From: Gekko japonicus
Lineage: Eukaryota
Assembly (NCBI RefSeq): GCF_001447785.1
Contig: NW_015176019.1
Span: forward strand, 1 to 64,000
Length of the DNA: 64,000 bases
Direction: 5' to 3'
Position numbers and translations under genes: made by a program. The notes beneath the pieces are model-generated. The model was not told the origin of the DNA. It made no database searches and saw nothing but the letters and a program-made list of their open reading frames with translations. Below, in pieces: positions 36,321-49,369 of the stretch (position 1 is its first letter; each line of letters starts with the position of its first letter).

Positions 36321-38020
36321 GAGTTTGAATACTACTGGAATCCACAGATTCTGCTCTCAGAACTGGCCCAGCATTGGCAATCTATCGGAGCAGGCCTAAG
36401 CTGCTCTACACAAAAGTAAGACCCATTTCATTCAAGGAGTCTTACTCTCAGGATTGCAGTCTATATGGCAAATCCATACAAGGAGCCCTGTAGAGAGGTT
36501 TCTTCCCTACTCTCTCACAGTAATCATGCATCATCTGGAAGCACTGTAAAGAGTCCCTATTTGAGTTGGTTTTCAGGGGCCATTACACTGGAACAATGAC
36601 AAAAGGTTGTGATTAGTTGTCTGTTTTGTTTTGTTTTGTTTTGTTAATGTTGGGAGAACTACTGCAGCCTGCCCCGAATCATGGGAACAACTATGATTCA
36701 CAGCATTTTCACCAAAGAGGATGAGCTATGCAGTGGTTTCTGCCAATGTGGCCAAAATAGCAGGGTAAGAGAGGCAAGTGAAACAGTCTCATCTATGAGC
36801 TACTTGTCAGTTTGCAAATCATTATACTTGATTAGTACCTGTTCTCAGGATATACAGGTGGACTAATATGGCTAAAAAAAACCCCACAAGCTACTTCTCA
36901 AATGAATCATTCAGAGTATTGCCCTTTGCCACCTGAAGTCAAAATTCTTGTTAATCCAAAAGTGTTCAAATAGTGTCAGTGTTCAAACAGAAGAATAAAA
37001 TTAAGTGAAGTACTGATTAGACCTCAGAGGCTACGCTGTAGCACTGACAGGTCCCTGTGCTGATTCAATTACTTGGGTCAATTTATGGTGTCAGCAGAAT
37101 CCCCCAAATTGTGGTTTTTGTACTGCTACAGTTATCCTTAAATCATGCAAACTGGTGTAGCACTAGCTCTGAATATCAGACAATAATTCCTCTTGACTCC
37201 AAATATTCTCGCTGAACACATTCATTTATGCATAAGGGGCCAGTGTTTGTGTCTGTACTGTACCATTTACATTATGTGATAAGAAGAGAAAGTCCTTTTT
37301 TATACAGGAGTCACCTACTCAGCTCAAGAAGTGAATCAGCTGAATTTGCATTCAGAAACACAGCAAATTCAGAATAATATATTCCTCTGCCTGATTTTAC
37401 TTTGCAGGCTACAAGTCATGCAAAATGTGATCATTTTTAAGATTTAGTGAGGAATGATGAAAAAAAATCTGTCAGCTAACCTCTGCCTAATGGAATGAAC
37501 TACCTATCCAGTTTTACCTGAAAGTATCATCCTCAATATATCTAACTCTCAATGTGGCCAAATTTGTGGACACTTAAATCTGGAGACTGTAGCCATGAAC
37601 AGACAAGACAGATCTTTCCACAAACCTGAAGAATTCCCAGGTTTGCAGAAAAATCTGAAATCTTTTTTAAATCCAAAAACAATAGAAAGTATGCCAGTAC
37701 CTTTAAGAAATGGATGTCTTCTGAAATAACAACAATTTTACCAGCCTTCAAAGCTTGGTTTCTGTCAGGAAAAGGTTAGGGGGAAGGCCCTTTCCATGGC
37801 TATTTTAACCGTCCAGTTCACCCCTGCTCCTCTCCCTCTTGAGCAAGTTGGCCAGGCACATTAGAGGCCATCACACAACTGATTTGAGTAATTTGCTACA
37901 AGACTTTTGCATCTTGGCCAGGTTTTTCCAGGGAGTGGCTGCCAGGGTGAGGGAAGGATGGAAAGCTGGGAGCAAGTGTGGTGTTGTAGGTAGATTAGGG
38001 TCTGGGAGACCCAGGTTCAA

Positions 38021-39078
38021 ATCCCCACTCTACCATGGAAGCTTGTTGGGTCAGTCACTCTCTCTCAGCCTAATCTACCCCACAGGGCTGTTGTGAGGTT
38101 AAAAGGGAAGAGAGGAGAATGATGTAAGCTGCTTTGGGTCCCTATTGACAAGAAATATAGGGTATTAAATAAATAATAAAGTTGAAGTCGGGGGGGGTGG
38201 TTGGCTTGTGAGTGGGAAGGAGAGGTGGAAGCAGGGAAAGGGGAGAGGATGTGGGAACTGCCAGGAGGAGAGAAACAGGAAATAGTGTGGGGAAGGGGAC
38301 ACAAGAGAAAATGAAGTGACTTCCACAAGCCCTCTTGGGTTCCCTGCTTGTTTCATCTTTAAATATAATAGATCCACCATATTCTCCTTTGGCTCATTCT
38401 ATTTCACTTTCAAAATGTATGGTTGAAACAATATAACTATGAAAGGCACAGCACTGCAGGTGTGTGTGTATACATACATTCCTCCTTTGCAGGAACAGGC
38501 CCTAATTTTATAAAGATGCTCTATATTTCCACCTTAGCTTTCAGAAATTATCCCCACTCTACCATGGAAGCTTGTTGGGTCAGTCACTCTCTCTCAGCCT
38601 AATCTACCCCACAGGGCTGTTGTGAGGTTAAAAGGGAAGAGAGGAGAATGATGTAAGCTGCTTTGGGTCCCTATTGACAAGAAATATAGGGTATTAAATA
38701 AATAATAAAGTTGAAGTCGGGGGGGGTGGTTGGCTTGTGAGTGGGAAGGAGAGGTGGAAGCAGGGAAAGGGGAGAGGATGTGGGAACTGCCAGGAGGAGA
38801 GAAACAGGAAATAGTGTGGGGAAGGGGACACAAGAGAAAATGAAGTGACTTCCACAAGCCCTCTTGGGTTCCCTGCTTGTTTCATCTTTAAATATAATAG
38901 ATCCACCATATTCTCCTTTGGCTCATTCTATTTCACTTTCAAAATGTATGGTTGAAACAATATAACTATGAAAGGCACAGCACTGCAGGTGTGTGTGTAT
39001 ACATACATTCCTCCTTTGCAGGAACAGGCCCTAATTTTATAAAGATGCTCTATATTTCCACCTTAGCTTTCAGAAATT
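38021..39078 (+). repeat. 529-bp tandem duplication
   Basis: 38021-38549 matches 38550-39078; the paired ORFs are identical and offset by 529. Starts inside an old SINE (~37970-38175). Confidence 0.97.
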
Positions 39079-39536
39079 CTTTAGTAGGATTCTGTTCCAA
39101 GGAGAAGTAATGGAGATGTTGATGATATTAGTATGAATTGCCTTGACCTGGGTCATCCCAAAATCTCTTGCTAGTATTTTGATATGTTGTTTTACAGTCA
39201 TAATTTATTATAATAGTCACTTACCAATAAAAGTATGAGATATGAGTGTTCCTATACTACAGAGCTTGATCAAACTTTGCATTAAATTATGCCATAGAGT
39301 TGGGACTCAGGTTTGCTGGAGCCTACTTCTCTGGACTGTTTCCTTGTACAGGAAATATAATAATTCTTCCTTTGAAATTGTCTGTAAGTCAGCATATAGG
39401 GGGCGTAATGATTAGAATGTTGGACTAGGACCAGGGAGATTTGGGTTCATATAGATTTTTTTTCCATTCTGAGAGAAGTCTGTGGACCATGTTTTATGTA
39501 TTAGATTTCTTTTAGTCGCTGCTCACCCAAAGGGTC

Positions 39537-39610
39537 ATAGAATCATAGAATGTTAGAGTTGGAAGGGACCTTGCAGGTCATCTACTCCAACCCCCTGCAC
39601 TCTGCAGGAG
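39537..39610 (-). mobile_element. CR1 extreme 3' fragment
   Basis: CATAGAATCATAGAAT..AGAGTTGGAAGGGACC is the reverse of the (ATTCTATG)n CR1 tail. Confidence 0.85.
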
Positions 39611-40340
39611 TATAGCTGAAAGATAGCCCTACATACCTCACAGTGACTTACATTAAAAACATAAATAAGTTTAAAACAACATAAAAACAGATGACAAATA
39701 TAAAATATTAACATTGAAATGTTCAGCTATTAAAATATGTGGCTAGCACCATACCATTAACAAAAGGAAACCAAACATGTGGATTACACTCCAAAGGCTA
39801 ATCCAAACAATGCAGCCTTGCATGCCCTGTGGAAACTATACAAGTCTGGCAGGGCACAGGTGTCATCCGAGAGTGCATTCCACAGGGTAGGGACTGCAAC
39901 TGAGAAGAACCTTCCCCTGGTGACTGCTCCTGTTACAACCCCCCACACTCCCTTCAGTTTTTAAGTTGTCTATCAGTTTTAGGACCTCCTCTTTCATCAC
40001 CTCAATCTGACTCAGGTCTTTCCACACCCCTCCCAAAAGTATGGGCACAAAGCAAACTTTGTCATAAATGTTGCCCTGTTCATGGTTCACGAACAGAAGT
40101 TAGTGATGGGTTTACCATCAAATGCTTCCACGAACTTTTAAAGCAGTTCATGGTGATTCATGGATGGAGCAGAAAGCAGGAGTTTAAAGGGACTCTGAGT
40201 CCCTTTAAACCCCTACTTTCTGTTCCCTGCAAAAGTGGCAAGAACAGCTGAGTAACGGGGAGGTGCTCCCCGCAGCTCAGCTGTTTTGGGCTGTCTTCTG
40301 CAGTCCCTTTAAATTTTAAAGGGACCGCACAAGACAGCCC

Positions 40341-43032
40341 ATAAGAACATAAGAGACACCAATGTTGGATCAGGCCAAAGGCCCATCCAGTCCAACACTC
40401 TGTATCACACAGTGGCCAGAAATACCATTCTGTATCACACAGTGGCCAGAAATACCCATTTTTCCAAGCTAAAGAGCCCCAAGCGCGTTAACCTTTCCTC
40501 ATAGGGAAAGTGTTCCAACCCTTTTATCATTTGAGTTGCCCTTTTCTGCACTTTTTCCAAAGCTATAATATCCTTTTTAAGGTGTGGTGACCAGAACTGC
40601 ACACAGTATTCCAAATGAGGTCACACCATTGATTTATATAGGGGCATTATGATATTGGCTGATCTGTTTTCAATACCCTTCCTAATAATCCCCAGCATAG
40701 CATTGGCCTTCTTTATTGCAGTCACACACTGTCTCAACATTTTCAGTGAGTTATCCACTACAACTCCAAGATCTCTCTCTTGATCAGTCTCTGCCAGTTC
40801 AGACCCCATCAATGTGTATTTATATTTAGGATTTTTAGCTCCAATGTGCATCACCTTGCACTTGGCCACATTGAACCCCATTTGCCATGTTGACGCCCAC
40901 TCGCCCATCCTTGACAGATCCCCTTGGAGTGCCTCACAATCCTCACTGGTTTTCACCACCCTGAACAACTTTGTATCATCCGCAAATTTAGCCACTTCAC
41001 TGCTTACTCCCATCTCCAAATCATTAATGAACAAGTTAAAAAGCAGTGGACCAAGTACTGATCCCTGCGGTACCCCACTGCTTACCACCCTCCACTGAGA
41101 AAATTGCCCACCTACACTCACTCTCTGTTTTCTATGAACTAGCCAGTTTTTGATCCATAAAAGAACTTGTCCTTCTATCCCATGATTTTTGAGCTTACTT
41201 AGGAGCCTTTGATGAGGAACTTTATCAAAAGCTTTCTGGAAGTCAAGGTAAATAATATCTATTGGATCCCCCTTGTCCACATGTTTGTTCACCCCCTCAA
41301 AGAACACTAACAGGTTAGTGAGACAAGATCTTCCCTTACAGAAACCGTGCTGAGTCTGCCTCAATAGGTTTTGTTCATCTATGTGCCTACTAATTCTTTC
41401 CTTAATAATGGTTTCCACCAATTTACCCGGTATCGACGTCAGACTGACTGGCCTGTAATTTCCCGGATCTCCTCTGGAACCCTTTTTAAAGATGGGAGTG
41501 ACATTAGCTACCTTCCAATCCTCAGGAATGGAGGCAGATTTTAAGGAAAGATTACATATCTTTGTCAGGAGATCTACAAGTTCACATTTGAGTTCTTTCA
41601 GAACTCTCGGATGTATGCCATCTGGGCCTGGTGATTTTTCAGTTTTTAAGTTGTCTATCAGTTTTAGGACCTCCTCTCTCATCACCTCAATCTGACTCAG
41701 GTCTTCCAACACCCCTCCTGAAATCAGTGGTTCTGGAGTGGGCAAGCACTTCTCATCTTCCACAGTGAAGACGGAGGCAAAAAATGCATTTAGCTTCTCA
41801 GCCATTTCCCTATCATCCTTCAATACTCCTTTTACCCCTTGGTCGTCCAAGGGCCCCACTGCCTCCCTGGCTGGTTTCCTGTTTCTAATGTATTTGAAGA
41901 AAGTTTTATTGTTGGTTTTTACGTTTTTTGCTATATGCTCCTCATATTCCCTTTTTGCCTGCCTGACCTCAGACTTGCATTTTATTTGCCATAGCCTGTG
42001 TTCCGTTTTATCAGCCTCACTGTGACTAGCTTTCCACTGCTTAAAGGAATTCTTTTTACTTTTTACAGCCTCCATTACTCTGTTTGTTAACCATGCAGGC
42101 TTTTTCCTATACCTGTTTGTGCCTTTCCTAACCTGCGGAATATATATTTTTTGAGCTTCTAGGATCGTAGTTTTAAATAGATCCCAAGCTTCCCCAATTG
42201 TTTTGACCCTTTCTACTTTTCCTTTCAGTTTCCTCCCCACGTGTCCCCTCATATCAGAGAAATTACCCCTTTTAAAGTTAAAAATGGTTGTGTGAGTCTT
42301 TTTGGCCAATTCTCTATTTGTACAAATGATGAACTCAACAACATTATGATCACTGTTTCCAAGCGGTGCAATCACTTTTACATCTCTCACCAGGTCTTGA
42401 GTGTTACTTAGGACCAAATCAAGGATCGCCTCTCCCCTGGTAGGTTCCGTGACCATCTGCTCCATAGCACAGTCATTTAGAGTGTCTAGAAACTCAATCT
42501 CTTTTTCCCGACTAGAACACATATTGACCCAATCAATGTGTGGGTAGTTAAAATCACCTATTATTACACAGTGTTTTTGTCTAGTTGCTATCTTTAAGGC
42601 ATTCATCATTTTATAATCCTCCTCTATCTTTTGATCTGGTGGGCGATAACAAACTCCCAGTGTTAAGTTTCCTTTTGGCCCCCCTATTTCAACCCATAGA
42701 ACTTCCAGAAGCGAATCCAATTCACTTAGCCTCTCAATCTTTCTAGACTTTATACCCTCTCTGACATACAGAGCTACCCCACCTCCAACCCTTCCCCCCC
42801 TATCCTTCCGATATAATATATAACCGGGAATCACTGTGTCCCACTGATTTTCCTCATCCCACCAAGTTCTTCTCTCAAGCAGCCAGGACTCTGCAACAAC
42901 TCTAATCGCTTTCACACACTCCCAAACACAGTCCTCCCACACAATATCCTCAGCTGAAAGCAAGTAAAAAAACACTCACCCCTCTAGCAGCTCTGTCTCC
43001 TGCTCCTGCTCAGAGCTCAGCTGGGTCTGCTC
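40341..43032 (-). mobile_element. CR1 LINE with internal deletions
   Basis: 3' tail CATAAGAACATAAG on the plus strand; ORF2 below. Both ends are defined by the interrupted host hairpin. Confidence 0.92.
40621..42867 (-). pseudogene. CR1 ORF2 (APE endonuclease + reverse transcriptase), ~750 codons open, N-terminally truncated, premature stop
   Basis: Motifs TWWD..GY.LYRKDR, CYRPP, GDFNYP, LGNSDH, SPGPDGIHP, NYRPVSLTS, YLDFQKAFDKVPH, GVPQGSVLGP, FADDTKL. The stop at KSMV* is followed in frame by [12 protein letters not shown], consistent with CGA>TGA. Confidence 0.95.
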
Positions 43033-44924
43033 AAAACAGCTGAGCAGCGGGGAACAAGCTGCTCCCTGTCACTCAGCTTTTGGGGGGCTTTCTGCAAAGC
43101 CATTTAAAGGGACTGTGGTCCCTTACAATGGGGTTTGTGGGGCCACGAACCAGTTTGGTTCACGAACAAACCTCCTGGTTCAGTTCAGTTCATGGTTCGG
43201 TTTGTGGTTCAACTACAAACCACAAACTGAACCATGTTTTCCTGGTTCATGCACATCCCTAGTTCCAGACCCTTAAACGCTTTAAAGGTTAACACCAGCA
43301 TCTTGAATGGGATTTAGAGACTAATTGGTTGCTAGTACAGCTGCTGCAAAATTGGAGTAATATGAGTTGACCATGATGTTCTGGTCAGCAACCTGGCAGC
43401 TGCATTCTGGACCACCTGCAGGCGCCAAAGACTTTTGAAGGGTAGCCCTATGTAGAATGAATTACAGTAGTCCAATCTGGAGGTGACTGTTGCATGGATC
43501 AATGTGGCAAGGTCCAACTAAGGTAAATAAAGAACCAGCCGGCAGGCCTGGCTTATGGGGGAAAACGCTGACTGTGCTATCATGGACACTTGTTTATCCA
43601 ATGATAGCACAGAATCCAGCCACACCCTGAGGCTCTTTACAGAGTCTGGAGCTGTCAGCTGTATACCATCAAGTCTCTGGAATGACCCCCGCCCCTCAAC
43701 TAACATTAGTCTTTCTGAGCCACATGACCTCCGTCTTGGATGGTTTCAGTTTGAGCCAACACCCTTAACCACTGGACTACAACATCCAAGCACTGGGATA
43801 GTGCCAGGAGCCCTGCTGCCGGCTACTTATCCAGCAGGAGGAAGAGCTGAGTGTCATCAGCAAATTGATGGCACCCATCTCCAAACCTTCAGACAATCTC
43901 AGGAAGAGGATGTATATAAATGTTTAATAATTCAGATCTTGTCAGGTAGGCCTCTCCCCCCCATAGCAACCCTCTGAGAGCATCCCTGGAGGAATAAGGA
44001 GAACCAGCTATGGATGGTGCCCCTCAACCCCAAAGAGGCAAAGTGGTCAATCAGGACCTAATGTCCACTGTATCAGAGACCACAGATAGATCCAAAAGGA
44101 TCAACAGCACCAGCATGCCTTTATCCAGCTGTAAATGGAGATTGTCAACCTAAGTGAACAGAGCTGTCTCAGCCCCAGAGCCGGGCCTGAAGCCCAATTG
44201 AAAAAGGTCCAGGAAAACCTGAACAAGACGAAGCTCGACCAGGTTGCTGACCTCTGTAAACAATTAGTAGCTTGCCAAGTGTGTACAGAAAACTGTGCTT
44301 CATATTTAACAGCTTTCAGGTAAATGACAGGAATGGGGGCAGGGCTGCTCATGGCCCTGGTGAAAAAATGTCCTCCTGTCCCTTTAATAGAGGTTGAATG
44401 TGTGGAAATGGTTGGCTGAAGTTTTTCATGGCATGGAGGTAAACAGCAGCACATAACAAACAATATCCCATGAAAGCCGTATTAAAAGGAGAGGACATTT
44501 TTATCCAGGCCAGTTGGCAGCCTCATGAATGCGACAGTTAACCGGCTTTATGTTCCAGGCCTCCTGGGGTGGGAATTGCTCCCAAATGCACAAGTAGATT
44601 ACCCTTCTTTAGCATGGCTTGTTGCAAAATGTCAAATTGGGCCAAGGAGCACTGAGACAAAGAGAGTACCTCATTCTTTTGGTACACATGGCTACCTCCA
44701 CTGCTGTACGGAGAGCAAGATATGTGTGGGGTGAAGGTATTGGCTAAGGAAGGGTCTCTGTCACATGCCATAGTGGTGCCATGTCGTGAGCATAAGGGCA
44801 CGGGATTGAGAGAGTGAAGGGCATGGATGAATAATTTACCCAACCCTCTGCTTTTAATTTCCCTTCTGATGTTTATTTATATGCTGGAATATGACCAAGA
44901 GATGGGCGGCAGGGTTTCAGGTGG

Positions 44925-45515
44925 GAAGCCATGTTCGTCTGCAGTAGAAGAGAAGAGGAGATTGGATTTATACCCCGCCCTTCACTTGGAGTCCCAGAGA
45001 GGTTTACAATCTCCTTCCCTTCCTGTCCCCACAACAGACACCCTGTGAGTAGGTGGGGCTGAGAGAGTTCTTTGAGAAGTGCTCTTGAGAGAACAGCTCT
45101 GAGAGAACTGTGGCTTGCCTGAGGTCACCCAACAGATGCATGTGGAGACCTGAGGGATCAAACCCGATTCTCCCAGATTAGAGTCCACGCACTTAACCAC
45201 TACACCATACTGGGAAGTACAGCAGCACCTTAAAGATTTCCAGGTTATAAGCTTTTGAGAATCAAATCATAAGTAGGAATGGAGATCCCTGAGTCCTTAT
45301 ATCCCAGTCAGAAGTTGGGAAGGGGGTGCTGCAAAGAAAGAATGCAAAGGTGCAATGCAAAATGTAATCAACTAGATTAGAGCAAGGTACAAATGCTTAG
45401 GGCAGAAAATTAGCATCTGTAATGAGAGAAGAATCCTATTGTCCATATTCAGCCCTTTGGGATTTCCATTGTTTTGAATTTGTGAATGAACTCAGGTTCA
45501 GCAATCTCACATTGT
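44925..45515 (-). mobile_element. Penelope-like element 3' fragment interrupted by a SINE
   Basis: Minus strand QCEIAEPEFIHKFKTME..G(L)N.D resembles the C-terminus of the Penelope GIY-YIG ORF. The LTR part is homologous to 35445. Confidence 0.7.
44950..45213 (-). mobile_element. Squam3-like SINE
   Basis: Reverse complement of 28168-28450. Confidence 0.88.
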
Positions 45516-48500
45516 GTGTGTGACTGATAATATGAAACAATGAGATTATTCTTGTCTGGAATGTAAACAATAAAGCATTCCTCTCTGATAATACCATATC
45601 TGCCCTACATGTTGTATTTTATGAGGAACAATTGGCTTTTTCTCTGACCTCAATTTCTTGTCCCCAAAACCAACTAGAGTCAAAAGCATTGGCTGACATG
45701 TATTAAAATTGGGCATACAATAATGCTTGTACATTTTTGGACGCATCAAGTAGGTGTTTTTATATCAACAAGGTTTAACTGAAAAATAATCATGGAGTCT
45801 CTAAGATAAGGAAGGAGGAAAACTAGCTACCAAAAATATTGGAACGATCAGGAATACTGGCTCAGGGATAGGCCAGGGTATTTTGCTATCAAAATTAGTT
45901 CAGTTTTATTATTTAAGAACAGCATCCAACATATTTTCTAAATTGTGGGCTGCTTCATTTGTGCTCCTAAGAATATCATCATGAAAACTGTTGCTTGGGC
46001 TGCTCATGGAACTGGGCTTGTGTTGACCCTTAGTGAGGCTAACAGTTGAATGTTCTTCCACACATCCACAATTGATTCATAGCAAAATGTTCCCTACTCT
46101 TAGATGAGATGATATAGGAGTCTGAGCTGTCCTAGAATGAGAAAGGTCCCCTGAATAAGGTCCTCCTTCATGAGAAATCGTTTATTTCTCAGATGAGGCA
46201 AGGACTCTCTGAAGACGTCGTCCAGCCCTAAATATCTTTTTTTTAATGGAGCCATCTCTAAGTTTGGTAATGATCTTGCTCATCATGTGTATGACTTGGC
46301 TTTATTTTGACAGGTCAGTCATATTAAATCAGTCCCTTTTGCTTTGACTTTGCAGTATAAACATCTCCCAATAGTGCTTGATGGCTATGTTAATTTGATC
46401 ACAGCAAGTTTCTCCCATGGTGGACTGAGAAAACAGTTTTAAATATCAGACAGCACATTAAAAGAGACAGAGAGAGAGATGTGGACTTACTTATTTTATT
46501 TTTAAAAGGTTCCATTCCAAAGTCAAAGGCACCTGTTTATGCTCCCTGACAGAGAGCATCTCTTGACTATAAACTGCTTTCACTTCTATGATCAAGGGCA
46601 CAGCTAGACATAGCAGTTATGATAATTAGTGACAGTACGCACTTAATGACTTTGAAAGGAGCAAACTGAGTCGGATAGGGTGTTGCTTGCACTAAAAGGA
46701 AAACACCTTATCACATTAGAGAATCCATTCTTAACAGCACTTCTCAGGAATTGAGTCAAACCCGGGAACCTTGGTTGAAGCCTTGGAGTGCTTTCTGTGG
46801 TCTTTCAGGATTGTAGATCCATGCACCCACAGATCCAATTTTTCTTTTGCCTTGGTGACTCTACTTGGAAAACACCAGGAAACCTTTCTAAATGTGCTTC
46901 CTTGAGTCTACAATGGAAGGATTACCGAACTGCATAACTTTCTGTGCTTGGTACCACATGACAGACATTTTCAAAGGACAAGCACATCCCACAGTCATAG
47001 AGCTGCAGAATTGTAAACCATGGATCCAAGATTTTTCTCACTTTCCATGTGTGATAGATGGGTTAGAAGGCATACCATTAATTTTAAATGTTGCAAAACA
47101 CCAACATAAATTTTATGAAATTCCATCCTCTTAGGGAAATGACCAAATGCAATGTGAAATTGAGAAGAGAATTCTACTATCATATAAGGGCAAAACAATC
47201 TGTCACACAGCTCATAGTAATGTAAATTGACCTTCATTTGCACTGAAAGCACCTTTCCCCTAGTATTACAACTATTAAACATTCCTATTTGTATAAGCAA
47301 CTGTATCCAAGGGATTTAGTTCAAAGTACCACTGAGCTGGGTATGGTCAAAAACATTGATGTGGTGTGCAAACTGTTCAATTCTCTTTTTGTGAGCGAAT
47401 CGATTAAAAAAAAGTAGAACAGAAATGGTACATAAAGATGATGTATTTCTCACCTTCTGCTAGTTTTCTACAAAAGGCAGCAATTGAACTTCAAACTATT
47501 CTCTAAATTACTTTACCTCTTTCATGGTGAGCATTAAAAAGATTTTTGATGAATGGGTTATTGTGCTTTTGAGCAAAGATCCTCTTGCCTCATCAGAGAA
47601 AGATGGGGTTGAAAGGGAAATCAGGAGATTTTGGTGATCTATTTTCAGTTTTTCTTTAACCCTTAAATAGTTTTTTCAGATCTCCAGTAAAGACAGCTGT
47701 TTGACTTGTATGCATTATGTTGTAGCAACACAAGGTTTCCTTAGACCTTCATGTTCACCTAAATTTCTCTAATGCTAAGCATAGTGGAAACATCACACAT
47801 TGCAAACAAAGAATAGATATTTTTATCCCTTACAATAAAAGTTTGTTCCTGTTAAAGCAGATATGTTTACTTTTTCTAAACATAATTACAAACGCTTTGC
47901 AGAAAGCCAATATTCTGTTCACTTAAAGAACAGAAGACAAGGTATAATACAAGAACTATTATTCTATTTGCTAGAGTGATGGGGGTACAAATTATTGGAG
48001 ATTGGACTCACAAGCTGAAAGGAAATATTTTAAACTCTTTGGCCTCCATTCACCCAGTTTGAAACAATAAATAAAGCTCTCAAGACATCCTGACTGTAAT
48101 TGGCAAGGCCAGAGGGTTCACAATTCCATGCAAACAGACAATGTTGTCTGTGTTTTACAAAATGTGAGGACAAATAAGAGATATTCAGTTGCTTGGCTGC
48201 CAATTTCAAAGGGGGGGAAATAAGAAAGATGATTTCTTGATAAGCTGCTGCATTTCAGTGTTTTTGCAAAAGTTGCTGAAACCTCCTTTTATAAATATCT
48301 GGTTGTTCGTTGAGAACAATTAAGAGATTTACAGCGTGAGTACCCTTTAGCTGTTTCAGAGCAAGCAGAGACTTGTGCCGCATATAGCACAACCCTTTTC
48401 TGATCAAGTGTGGCAAAAATCTATGGCTATAGCATACCTGCCTTGAAACAACTACTAAAGCCTCTTGTGACAGTTTTACAACAGCACAACATCACGCCAC

Positions 48501-48793
48501 TGATAAGACATGCAATCTTTCCAGTAGGCCTTTTGATACTGTATAGGATGCCACAATTTGATGCTATGCAGATGCCACTTAATACTGTTCCTCTCCAATA
48601 ATGCCTAGCTGCTTCCTTCTCCTAGCACTGTACTCGAAGCCTGTTACCAGTCCTATGATCCACCGCACATATGCAATACACTATAAAACTATGTAAGGTA
48701 AACAAATAGCCATGTTGGTCTCTAAGGTGCTACTGGACTCAAATCTAACCAAAATTAGGATGCTCAAATATCCACCAGGTCAGATCATGAGAT

Positions 48794-49369
48794 GGGAGCG
48801 GTGGCACAGGGGATTTATCCTCTGGTTATAAAGTAACATCTGAGCTGAACAGAACGGCTGTCAGTTCTAGCCCCGTGCTGGTGTGAGCTACCAGCCTTGT
48901 CCCCAGCTCGCCGTCCACCCAGCGGTTCGAAAGCTTCAGCAAGTAGATAAAATGGGTACCACTCCTTAGAGAGGGTGGGCACACTAAACCCCCCGGCGGG
49001 GGAGGTGTTAGCCGGCGAACGGAATGTCCAGCTCGTAAGATCAGAAGCCTAGAAAGATTTCTTCGGCATCAAGATGCCTGTAATGGGCTGTTCCGGCCAG
49101 GCGGTGGCAGTGCGGCGTTGTGACTCGAAACAGTCCTGGAGAAAGCTGACGTCATCAAGCCAAGCCGAGGGAAAAATGCCGCCTGGAACATGTCTAGTCT
49201 ACAGCTGAAACAAAATCCCCGTCAGCTGCAAACGTGTGCAATTTAAAAGATTTATATGTGTTGTCCTCCCTTACCCCTATGAATCATTGTTAGTCCCTTG
49301 TGAAATGTGTAACTGTAAATCGCTCAGAGCCAGCAGCTCTGCAGGATTGAGCGATTAATAAATTGAAAG

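Larger units (their letters stand above)
40037..43261. mobile_element. TAGGG-ended hAT element, split by a CR1, left TIR damaged
   Basis: Left end GTATGGGCACAAA, right end TGCACATCCCTA. GGTTC/GAACC subterminal repeats as in 31284. An internal hairpin is split at GACAGCCC|AAAACAGCTGAGC. Confidence 0.8.
39500..44320 (-). mobile_element. Degenerate L2 LINE (segments ~39500-39953 and 43262-44320) split by later insertions
   Basis: LIHATVTSRLDYCNS...LQVVQNAAARLLT at 43332-43517 and VKSLRVWLDSVLS are L2 ORF2 motifs. A 3' portion lies at 39780-39930. Confidence 0.88.

Noticed and set aside
25939-39078. Tandem duplications as CRISPR-like arrays
   Set aside because: Only two contiguous units each, no spacers, and a vertebrate context.
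49044-49090. HDV-like ribozyme
   Set aside because: P2- and P4-like stems exist, but there is no P1 3' strand or P1.1 between them and no clear catalytic C in the joining segment.
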